Part shown: piece by piece, positions 40,071 to 50,836 of the stretch
Position numbering within the stretch: position 1 is the stretch's first letter
How the letters are laid out: each line of letters starts with the position of its first letter
Assembly (NCBI GenBank): GCA_958009085.1
Contig: OY253677.1
Span: 310,001 to 374,000 of the forward strand
Reading direction: 5' to 3'
From: Protoeuglena noctilucae
Taxonomy: Eukaryota
DNA length: 64,000 nucleotides
Notes under the pieces: model-generated
Seen by the model: only the letters and a program-made list of their open reading frames with translations
Told to the model about the DNA's origin: nothing
Databases searched by the model: none
Program-made: the position numbers and the translations under genes

Positions 40071-40610
40071 CGCGGCCCTGACGCGCGTGCGCGCCCCCGC
40101 GTTTGCTCAGGGGGCTCGAGAGGAGGCGGAGAGACCGCACATTTGCTAGTTGGTGCTAATGACTGCCTCGGAGGCCCCTCTCGCGTCCTAAAGCTTGCTC
40201 CAGCATGCAGACGGGGGCCGTCGACGCATCCGGGGTCCGCTTCCCCTGCGCCGCCGCTGTTCAACGTGAGATGTCCATATCTATGCGATGAGCGGGAGCT
40301 CGCGGGCTCGCCGGGCCCCCGGGGGCGCCGGGGAGGTCCCCGTGCTCGACCAGGCCTACCGCCGCCGCGGCCGCGATCGGGCACGCAGCGCTTGGTCTAT
40401 GGATTGAGGTGACCTAAATCTCGCTAGCTGCGGCGCCTTTGCCGGCTACGCCGCACGGAGGTGGCTGCTGCATGGGAGGTGAGCCGTCCCCGCCGTCATG
40501 GCGCTGCGGATGGGGGCGCGGGGCTGGCTTCGGAGAATTATCTCGATACAGATGACATCGCCGGCGTCGGGGACCTGGCACCGCGAGCATCGGGGAGCTC
40601 CTGGGGTCAC

Positions 40611-43600
40611 CTACTCCTCGCCGCCGCTGGCGTGGTGCTCCCAGACCTGCTGCACGTGGCCGCAGTGAAGAAGCTTCCCAGCAACTTTCACGGCGTGAAG
40701 CTGCCGCCGAAGGTTGCGGAGGGGCACGCACTTCAGAGCCTCGCCCTCCGCAGGCTCCAGGAGCGACAGCTGGGGAGGCTGCAGCGCTCCCAGGTTGGTG
40801 TAGAACGACAAGCACTGGTTGGACAGGTACCTCAGGTCGCATGGGGCCCTGTGCACCGGGGCCACCAGGGCGCAGAGGAAGGTCCCGGCACCGGAGCTGG
40901 TCTTCGCCTCAACCCCGCACACGACCCTGCCCGTCTGCAGCGTGCCCCTGTCCGGGAGGTACTCGACGAAGGACAGGGTCTCGTCGGTGGCGACGATCCT
41001 GGCCCGGTCCCCGCTGGCCGTCCCGATCTCGACCGTGGAGGTCAGCGCGACCTCGCCCAAGACGTGGCAGGGAAGCCCCGCGCCCTTGAGGGCGTTCAGG
41101 AGGTCCGCCTTAGAAACGAAGTCTTCCGCGCGTCCCTCGCTGCACAGGTCGTTCTTCTTCAGGACGGTCTTCACGCCCTTCACTTGGTCCTCGGGCTGGG
41201 ACGGGACCGGCTGCTCCGCCCTCGCCCGGCTCTTGATGACGGAGGCCGCCCTCTGAGAGATGACGCTGGTGCTCGCCTGCGACAGGGCTCGGGGGTCAGT
41301 CCAGCGCGGCTCAGCATGGCACGCGGGTCGAGCGCCGTGCGACCGCATCGAGACGTGTGAGTCGCAAGAAACGCGTCCTGCGTGGGCTTCCCCGCGTCGC
41401 CTACGCTGGGCGGCGCTTCTTGCCTGTACCTGCACGTCGCCCTTGCCGTTCGTGCGCGCGTTGGCAATGGGCTTGTGCATGCGCTCGGCGTCGTTCATGC
41501 TGCCCAACATGATGGAGCCGTTCCTCGCCACCACTGCAGGGAAATGCGAAAGCGCGTGGCACTTCTGGCTGTTCTCGATCTTGCTGAAGAGGGGCTTCTC
41601 CGTGCGGACGATTTCGTGGCCACGCAGCAGCGTCTTGAGCACGACCTGCGGCGACACGGCAGCGACAAGGCTTCCAGAGTGAGTAAGGGGCAGCGAACGA
41701 TGGGGCTGGTGTTGGAGAAGGCCTCACGTGGAGGACCTTATTCAGCTGCGCGTCCGCCGCCTGCGCCCCTGCGATGGTGGCGCTCTCCAGGGACCATTCG
41801 GCATAGAGCTGAAGGCATGCCAGGGCTACGGCCACGAGCCCAACCCTCTCGTCGTGCACGTCTTTGCTGCCCGTAGGCTCTGCAAGGGATGTGGTGGTGG
41901 GGAAACACTCCCGGGGTTCCCCGGCCCGCATCGCGATACCCGCAGCTCCTCCCGATGCCCTCGCAGCGCTGACTGTCGGCCTCGCCTCGAGAGAAGAGCT
42001 CGACGAGGGCGAAAGGCAGAGCTTGGATCAAGAACCTCGCCTCGTACGCCTTTATCTTCCCAAACGGGTCCACGAGGCTCAGCACGATCTGGAAGGTCTC
42101 GCCCCACGGACGGGCGTGGATCCATGCCGGGGCCTGCGCTCCACCCACACGACGATGGACATGCCAGGTGAATACCGAGCAGCTGCGGCGCCACTGCAGG
42201 CAACGCACGCCATTGCCTGACCTGCAGCTCACCTTGGCATCCGCAATGATCGATGCGAACGCAGCCAAGAGGGCGTTTGCCTTTGTCGCAGACTCTCCCG
42301 CTGCCGCGTTGTTGTAGAGGACGGTCAGTATGCAGAAGGGAACAGTCTTGCCCAACATTCCCAGTTCCACGGTGTGCATGGGGTCAGGTGCTTGGCCCTG
42401 ATACAAGTCCGACCCGAACTCGTCCCAGTACGACAGGGCAGGAACCACAGGATGAATTTTGCTCTCCCTGGCTTGTTCGTTGGCCCTGGCCGTCCCCACG
42501 TCCCTCCTCAAGCGCAGGATGTGCTGCACCTGGAGGCGATGCAGCGCGACGGTGCGAGGCGTGCGGCAGTCATCCTGGAGGCACAGCGGGCACGACCTGA
42601 CGGCCAGCGTGGACGAGTTGGCCATCATGTCGTTCAGCTGCGCCGCCAAGACGGGATCGACGATGACTCTCCCGACGTCGGGGAGGGTCATCCACACCCC
42701 ACCGGACCTCGCCACGCCAATCAGCTGCCGGTCCACGGCAGCCAGCCGCCGCTGGATGGCCTCTCTGTTGTTCAGGTCTGCCTGTGACCCCGGAGTGATC
42801 CCGGACACCTGCGGGGGCCTCGAGCGACAACTCATACACGCGGCGTGGTGGTGGACGTGTGGGCTGCAACGCCGGCAATCCTCCTCTCGCCTTCATGGAC
42901 TCGACGGTGGCCACGGATCGCGGCGTCCCTGTCCTCACGGCCTTGCAAGGCGACAGGAGGTGCATGTGGATGGGCGTCGTCGATGCGCCCTTGGTCATCT
43001 CCACCCCGTCGATGCTGTACGCGACGGGCACGAGGAGCAGCCGGGCGTGCAGCTCGGGGCGGACTTTGCCAGCGACAGCCTCGGCTATGTCGCTATACCC
43101 CTTCGCCCGGGAGAAGGTGAGCTTCTCGTGGATGCTGGGATGCGTCTCATGTGGTCTCGCCCGCGCCTGGCGTGACCGTTCCCGTGCCTCGCTGAAGTCT
43201 CGCATCAACTTAACGAGCGTCTTGGGCTTGATCTGCTCCGCGTGCACCAGCATGTCCCTCAGCACCGTTATCGTTTGGTAGATGATGGTTGTGCTGCCCT
43301 CCTCTTGCAAAACCTGCAGGCCGTGCGTGCACTGGTTGGCGTCAGCCCCCTCGGCCGCGTCCGAGGCCCTCGACACAAGCGGCACCGCGGCGTGACGCAC
43401 CTCGTACTGGCCATGGATGCTGTTGAGTGAGGTGTGGAACGTGCGGTGGGAGCGCCCGAGGTCGAGAAGGTCGTCGCGGATGTTGGGGCGCAGCTTCACG
43501 AAGCAATCGAAATGCGCTGCCGTCAGCGATGCCATGAACTGCGCCCCTGCTTCAAGTTGGCTCAGGTACTCATCGTCACTGTCCCTGCTCCTGGCCCGCC

Positions 43601-44114
43601 ATGCCTCCAGGTCCTCCGGCAGCTTCAGCGGTTCGTACTCCCCGGGCGCAGGAAGGTAGGAGACTCCAGGAGCGTCCTCTTGGGGCGCATCATGCGCTCC
43701 GGCGCTCTCGGGCGGTTCACCCCTCTCCGAGTCAATGTCCACGTCCATGTCCACGTCCGTGTCGGCGTAGTGGAGCCACGCGAGTCCTACATCTTCGCTC
43801 TCGCCATCACTGCCCGCAGCAACGTCCGCCGTCCCGTCTTCCTCCCGCAGTTCTTGGTCTGGTCCCGCGCTGGCGCTGTCGCGTGCCAGCCCGTCCGAGC
43901 CTCGCAGAGACGGAGAGACATAGTGTTCGTGTGGGGCGGCGGGGCGGGGTGCTTCCTGGCGGCTCTCCTCGCCATATCTCCAGCCCCACAGCGCAGGGCA
44001 TCTTTGCTGATGCCGGGCGAGCTTGGCCGGGGTATCGAATTGCGTTCCACACGCGTCGCATTCGAGCATGGTGAGCTGCAGCGCAGGTTGCGATGCAGGG
44101 TTCAAGGCGGGCAT
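40611..44114 (-). CDS. Plavaka-type DDE transposase with N-terminal C2H2-like zinc finger, spliced (~6 introns)
   Basis: Motifs: CDACGTQFDTPAKLARHQQRC; VPVAYSIDG (D) followed by PIHMHL; PVLAAQLND (D) and CPLC; DLYQGQAPDPMHTVELG; KCHALSHF...NG...AERMH (E)...RTN. Order and spacing fit the Plavaka family. Confidence 0.8.
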
Positions 44115-45379
44115 GGTGAGGGCGTGGAAGCGGAGGTGAGGAAAGTCCAGCGCGCGCTCTGTGGGTCAGGCAGGCTCAGGGGTCGTCAGTCCTCCAGGCA
44201 AGCGGGGGTGGATTGCAGGGCTGCAGCGACAGCACCGCGCACAGGCGAGGCTCGGCGCTGCTGGTGCGAACAGCGCTGGATCATCGTCCCTCTCTAGGGT
44301 GAGAGTGCAGCCTGCTGCTGAGCCATCTGCGAGGTGTGCTGACGTGGCTGGGGAGGGGAGGGGCCAGCTCCCGTGAGGTGAGATGCAGCATACGCATGAC
44401 TAGATCAGGTCGGACATTGTCGCTGTCCCCGAGGTGCGCGGTTGGTCTGCTGCGCTACCGGTGGGGTCTGCGACACGGTCAGGTGTGCAAGGGGGGGTTG
44501 GTTGGCTGGGAGGGACGAAGGGCTGGTCCGCCAGCGTGGTATCTCTGTACTTGCTAACTGTACCTGGCACCGTGCCTGCACTCTCTCACCCCGAGACTGA
44601 CTCTAACTTCGCCTAACAAGCACGCAGGCGCACGTGCCACCTCGTCCCAAGTTCCGGCGCTGGTCGGGTGCTGGCCGGGCCCGCCATGGCTCGTCCGCCG
44701 ACCCATGCCCCTTGTCTGTCGTCTGGCGTCCGCGGCGCCCCGCAGCGGTGGTCATCGACTCCTGGGGCGGCCGTCGGCACGGCGGAGTCGCGCACGCCAC
44801 CATCTCCCGAGTGCCTGGCCCGAGTGCCGGAGCGCCGCTCCCCGATGGAGCGGCAGCGTCCGGAACAAGCGGTCGGTGCCTCTGGCGGTGGTCGCTGCGC
44901 GCTCCCGTCGCGCCTGCGGCCGCCCGAGTCCGGCTGCATGTGCGTGCATGAGTGCGTTGCCTAGCGCGTCACGGATGGTCATGTAACCTCGGCGTAGGGA
45001 TTGAAATACCAATAGCTACGCTAGGGAGCGATTACGGGCCGAACGGAGCCCCCCGGGCCGCGCGGGCCCCGGAGCGCGCGTGCCCAAAAGATGCGTCCGA
45101 TCGCGATCAAGATAGGTCTGATCGCGGCCGAGAAGGAAGATAGGCGGCGGGATAGCCTCGGCTAACGCTTCCGGCGCCGCTGCGCTCCCGAGTGGGCCCC
45201 GCTCCCCGCGATCCCCGACCACGACGAAATGCCGCGAAACTGCTCCCAGCGGCCTCTCGCATCCCGGGTGCGCCGTGGCCGTAACCGCGCCGCGTAAAAC
45301 GGCCTCCCCAGGGAGATCGGGCGCGCGGCTGGAATCACTGGGCTCAATGAGGGTTTACATTACAGTCTGTGTCGTCAGT

Positions 45380-45478
45380 GGGATCACTGGGATGATCCCT
45401 CTGATACCCCGGGATCAGCGGGATGATCCCCACGATTCCTGGGTATCACGGGGATGATCCGACTGACGCCAGACTCGC
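45380..45478. repeat. Right subterminal repeat array of the transposon
   Basis: Three ~31-bp units containing GGGATGATCC (45389, 45420, 45451), which are the reverse complement of the left-end units. Confidence 0.8.
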
Positions 45479-45581
45479 GGTTTTCCCGATGATGATTCTC
45501 CGCATTCGCGCCAAATGCGGGCCACTGCAGGCGCCCGGGCCCCTGCGCGGCGCTGGAGCCTGCCCAGTGCGACATTGCACC

Positions 45582-48500
45582 ATGCTTAAGCGCTTGCTCT
45601 TCTGTTGGGGGGGATCGCCTGAGGGGGGCGGCGATGGCGGGAAGAGGGGCAGAGGGAAGTCGAAATCGAAGAATGACGCGCCGAAAGAGGATGCGCCGGA
45701 CCCCCACAAGGCTTACCGGTGAAACTGGACTCCCCTCCTTCTCTCCGTGCCGTCCATTCCTAGCGCGCCAGGCAGCCGAGAGACGTATACTCGTTTATGT
45801 TGCTCCTCGCGCTCCCGCAGGGCCCGGGACGACGGGGACGAGCGAACTCCCCCCGCGTCGGTCTCTCCGTCCCCGGGGGCACCCGCGCCAGCGGATCCGC
45901 TGGCCCGGGAGGTCTATGAGCAGTGCTCCGGGCCTGGATGCCGTGTTGTTTGCTGCTCGCGCGCCATCGACGACGTTGCAGCGCAGAGGTGAGAGCCTTG
46001 CGCTGGCAACAATGCAGCAACGCCACCTTTCGCGCGCGGCCGTGGCTTCCGCTCCCGGATCCGCTTCTCGAACACGCAGAGTGGCCGAGGGTCTTCTCGC
46101 GTCCTCTTGCCAGGACCTCGTCGCCCTGTCCCTCTCGGACAACTGCGTGGGCCCCGGGGGAGTCCAGGCGCTGCGGGAGGCCCTGCGCTCCTGCGCCGCG
46201 CTGCAGGAAGTGGACCTGGGCCGCAACCGTCTGGGCGTCGCGGTGAGGGGCATAAGGGGACTGTGGCGGCGTGTGGCACGGCATCCCAGGCGTGTGGGGT
46301 CTCCCTGGGCTGCGCTTGCCTGGCCCTATGCTGGGTACCACAGTCCTCTGAACAACCCCGTCGATAGCTGCACTGTTGCTCGGGGATGTAACGAGGCCTG
46401 TTATGCCTGTCATGCCACCACCGACCCTGCGCTCGTGCGAGGGATGGCTCTCGTCGCATGTCCCAGGGCGCCGAGCACCTGGCGCAGGCCCTCGAGGCGG
46501 CCATCTTCCTGGAGCGGCTGGACGTGTCGGCGAACGACATCGGGGACGCGGGGGTGCGGGCGCTGGCGGCATCCATGCGGACGGGGTGGTTCAAGCTCAG
46601 GTGCGGGTGGGGCAAGGGTGAAGGGCGGCTTGATGAGACCCGAGGGGTTTGAGTATGTTGGCCAACCCTACCGTCGCTGCGGACTCCGCCGTCGCTGCCA
46701 CCCACCCCCAGGCGGCTGTGCCTGGACGGCAACGGCATCTCCAGCCTGGGCGCCGAGACTCTGGCGGACGGCCTGATGGCGGCCACGTCATCGCTGGAGG
46801 AGGTGCGCCTGAGGGACAACCAGATCGAGGACGCGGGGGCGGCCGCCCTTGCGCAGACGCTGCGGTTCTGCTCAAACCTCAGGCGAGGGCGGGGTGCTTG
46901 CCAGATTGGGTGCGAGGGATGCGTGCGTGAGACGACCATGGCGCATATGGCGGGTGTCAGCGCGGCACTCAGCGTGGCAGGATGCTCGCTTGGCATGCAC
47001 CGAATGCTTCGATGAAGTCGGTGTTGTGGATTCGTCTGCCCTCGCAGGGTCTTGGACCTCGATGGCAACCGCATCGGCGACCACGGAGTGCGGATGGTGG
47101 CGTCGAGCCTCCACAACAGCCGCGGGCTCGCGTCCTTCCACGTGCGGGGCGTCAAGCTGGGGTGGCCGGGGAGGGAGGCCATCGCCCAGCTGGTGGCGCT
47201 GGTGCCGGCCGTGCAGGTGCACTACAACACGGGTGAGGGCAGGCGGTTGATGACATGGGCTGCGTGGGGCGAGAGGGTTACATGGGATGTGTGGGGTGAG
47301 GGGCAGGCGCTGGGCGACCCCGGTGGGTGGCAGCACTGCTCATCCCTCCTGCCCTGCCCGCCCCCTCAGACCGCGGTCAGCCCGCGGAGTTCTCCTCGCC
47401 GCGCCACAGCATCGACGGCCTCCCGACGCGCGCACCCAGCATGGCTCGCTCCTCCCCGCCCCTTGCCACGGCCACAAGCGGCGCGGGGGCCGGGGCCGGG
47501 GTGGGGGCGTCCCCAGCCCCCGACGCCGGTGCCCTGGGCCGCCGCCGCAAGTCCCTGGGGTCCGGCAGGGACATGTTTCTCTCCAAGATGCCCGGGTCCC
47601 GCGCGCCCCCCGAGCTGGTGCTGGCCCCGCACCTCCGCAACCTGGGAGCCCGCGAGTCCTCTGCGGCCACCTCCGCTGCGGCATCGCCCGACGTCTCCAA
47701 CACCGAGGGCGGGGTTGCTGAGGTCGCGGGGGTGAGGGAGCGCGCGCTGGCGGCCGTGTCGGCTGCGGTGGGGCATGCGGGCGGGGACGGCGGCGTGGAT
47801 GCAAGCGAGGGGCCACCCAAGGGCAGCGCGGAGATGGAGGTCCAGGTAGCGAGCGAGTCGGTCGTTTCCAGGTCCCGGTCGGCGTCCCTGCAGCGCCTGG
47901 TGGACGCGCCCAGCCCCAGGTAACACCTGGCCATGGCACGCGGCACATGCGGCTCTGCCCTTACACCCGCCCCTGGCAGCATGAGAACACCGCACATCAG
48001 CCCAGGTGCCTGTGACCCGTTCTCTTTCAATTCCTCCACCGCAGCCCCACGCCCCTGACGGACTTCGCCCCAGCCTCGTCCTCCCCCGTTCCCGATTCGC
48101 CCCTCCGCACCGTCCCAGAAGCAGCCGCACCGGCAGCAGCAGCAGAGGCCAAGGCAGACCCGACCCCGCCGTCGCCGCGCTCCCGCCGCGCGTCGGGGGA
48201 GCTGCGGCCGGACGGGGTGGTACCCTTCATCGACTACCACAGCCCGGTCTCACGCGCGCCTCTGGCCGTGGAGACGCGCCCAGACATCGACGCGGCCGCG
48301 TGGTCCAGCGCGGGGGCCGGGCTCGGGTCGCCCCGGGGCGGGGAGGAGGTCGACGAGGAGGCCACCCTGCTGGCCGCGCTGGGGCTGGCGCCAGCACCGC
48401 CACCGCCGGCACTGCCACCGTCGCCAGCGGCACCGGCGCTGGCGGGGCGGGGCGTGGGCGTGCCTGGGCTGGCGGGAGAGGACAGCCCGGGGCGGCACCT

Positions 48501-48930
48501 GCGGGTGTCCGGGGTCGGGTGGGACGCTGCGCGGCTCCGGGTGTCGGGGGAGGGGCACGGGGGTGTGGAGGGGCGGGCCGGGCCGGCGCCTGGGGAAGGT
48601 CAGGGCAGGGGCATGCAATCCCAGGCTGTGCCGGCGACGGACGCGACTGCAACCCCGGCAGGAGAGGCGGTGGCGGGCGGGGGTGCGGATAGGCCGGCGG
48701 AGGCGCCTCAGCCGCCCCTGCCCCTGCGCGGCGCCTTGGCGGAGCTGCTGGCCGCAGCAGACGAGTACTTTGGGGTCGGGGTGGGGGGCGGCGAGGTCAC
48801 GCTGGGGGCGGGCATGTCTGTCGGGGCGGACGCTGGCAACAAGCAGGTCGTGCAGGCACAGGGCGCTGGGGAAAGGACGGGGACTGGCGCAGGGGCTGGT
48901 GGGCCTGAGACGGGCGTGGAGAGTGTATAG
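45582..48930 (+). CDS. RNI-like (NLRC3/CARMIL-type) leucine-rich repeat protein with disordered C-terminus
   Basis: Repeats LSLSDNCVGPGGVQALREAL, LDVSANDIGDAGVRALA, VRLRDNQIEDAGAAALAQTL and LDLDGNRIGDHGVRMVA. Confidence 0.8.
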
Positions 48931-49160
48931 GACGTCTGGAAGCCATTGTAAGGCACAGCTTGAAGTTCTACGCGCTGCGACGTGCTGTGCACGGACGGTC
49001 ACGGCATTCAACAGACCCTTGTGCGTTGGAGGTCGCCCAGCGGCAGACCCTCCATAGCTCCTCCGCTCATGACACACGGCACGAAAAGCACCCACGCCAC
49101 GGCATGCTGACAGCCGCTCGACGCGCACAGCTCTTGGGCCTGGAATCCAGGGCTAGTTCG

Positions 49161-50584
49161 CTACAAGTCATCACCGCAAAGCACCACGGCCCCCCACAGC
49201 GCCGCCCGAAGCGCCCCCACGGCGGCTGACGACACGTCGGTCCTGCGCAGGTCAACTCGCCGCAACGCGCGACTGGCATGCAGACACGCGGCCCCGTCAT
49301 CGGTGACCTGGCTGCACCGCTCGAGGGAGAGCTCCCGTAGCCCCTCGATCCCCGCCACCGACGCGACGCCCCGGTCCGTGACGCGGCGGCACGACGCCAC
49401 GTCCAGCCGCGTGAGACGGGCCGCCGTCCTCGCCAGCGCCACCAGCCCCGCGTCTGAGAGACCATCCGCAAACGTCAGGGACAAGTCCTCCAGAGCCGGT
49501 AGGCGCGCGAGGGCCCGAATGCCCTCGTCGGTCACCCCCACACACATCGACAGGTCGAGGCGCGTGAGTGCCGGCAGCGCCGTGACGGCCGCCAGTGCCT
49601 CGTCCCTTGCCCATCGGCACTTGGTCAGGCGAAGCTCGCGAAGGGACTTGAGCTGCGCCAGGTGCGCGCCGCACGCGGGAGAGAGCCCCCGGCACCGCGC
49701 CAGGTCGAGGTGCGTCAGCCGGCCCAGGCCCGCCAAGTGCGCGAGGCCCTCGTCTGTCACGGCCCGGCACAGCGCCAGGCCCAGCTCCTCGAGGTCGGCG
49801 AGACGCCCCACCGCCTCCAGCGCCGCGTCGTCCATCGCGGCGCATCCGTCCAGCCGCAGCCGGCGCACCGAGCGCGGCAGGGACCGGACCGTTGCCACGT
49901 CCGCGCCGGTGCGCGTCAGGTCGAGGCTCGTCAGCGCCGTCAGCCCTGACAGTTCGGCGAGGGAGTCTTCGCTTCCGACGCTGCAGTCGTCGAGCGCCAG
50001 CGACGACAGCGCCGGGAGGGCCGCGAGGTGGGCGAGGTCTTCGGCCGCGACGGGCGTGGTTGAGAGGCGAAGCACGCGCAGAAGGGGCGCGTACCGGAGG
50101 GCAGCGAGGGCGCCATCGTCAAGGCCGTCGCATCTGGAGAGGTCGAGCTCGATGAGGGTCGGCGGCACAGTGAGGGTGCGGAGGGCGCCGCATCCGGCCA
50201 GCGAGAGGCCGCGCACGCCGCGTAGGGGCCCCCGACAGAGGCGGGCGAGGAGCGCGCTGGTCATGGACATGCACAGGTGCGACGCGCCAGCCGAGGCGCT
50301 CTCCAGTCCGCTGCGGGCGAGCAGTGGGGGCCTCGGGTGAAGCCATGAAGCCCTGCACTCCGAAAGTCCGCTGCAGCGAGCGAGCGAGCGAGCATCGAGC
50401 GCTGCGCACTCGACGAACGCCTAGCTGCGCTAGAAAGTCACCTTTCCGCGTCTCTTTCGCCGAAGATGACCTCGCAGAGCGTCCTGCTGCAACAAGAGAG
50501 CGTTCCGACGGCCCTGAGGTCGTGCGCCGCTTCCAACACAAGCCACAGCAGGTGCGCGGGGAGGCGCTCGATCGGCGACGTCAT
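49161..50584 (-). CDS. F-box/LRR (AMN1/FBXL-type) protein
   Basis: F-box-like MTSPIERLPAHLLWLVLE and cysteine-containing LRRs (LDLSMCVGVTDEGIRALA, LDVASCRRVTDRGV, LSLERCSQVTDDG). Confidence 0.8.
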
Positions 50585-50836
50585 GGTTGGGTGCGGAGGT
50601 GCCGCTAAGCAGAGAATGTCTGTCGCCGGAAGCAAGAGATGGTCTTCACTGGCAGCGAGCGCAAGGAAGCCGAGGAGTGAAGCGATCGCGGGTTGCTGCT
50701 GGTAACCAGAGACTGCAAATCTTCCGGCTCTTCGACCTTTCTGCGCCTCCTTGCGGCCCATTGCTTTTGTTTTTTTTTTTTGACATGCGTGCGCACATGC
50801 TCAGGAAGTAACCTGGAGGCGCTGATCTGCGTCAGC

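Larger units (their letters stand above)
39919..45491. mobile_element. DNA transposon, Plavaka/CMC(EnSpm)-like, apparently complete
   Basis: The left end CATCGGGAAAACC (39919) and right end GGTTTTCCCGATG (45491) are perfect inverted repeats that extend imperfectly inward. AT flanks both sides, and a transposase gene lies inside. Confidence 0.85.

Noticed and set aside
44600..45300. Possible second (cargo) gene such as TET/JBP inside the transposon
   Set aside because: Only short ORFs without recognisable motifs; more likely promoter or 5' UTR.
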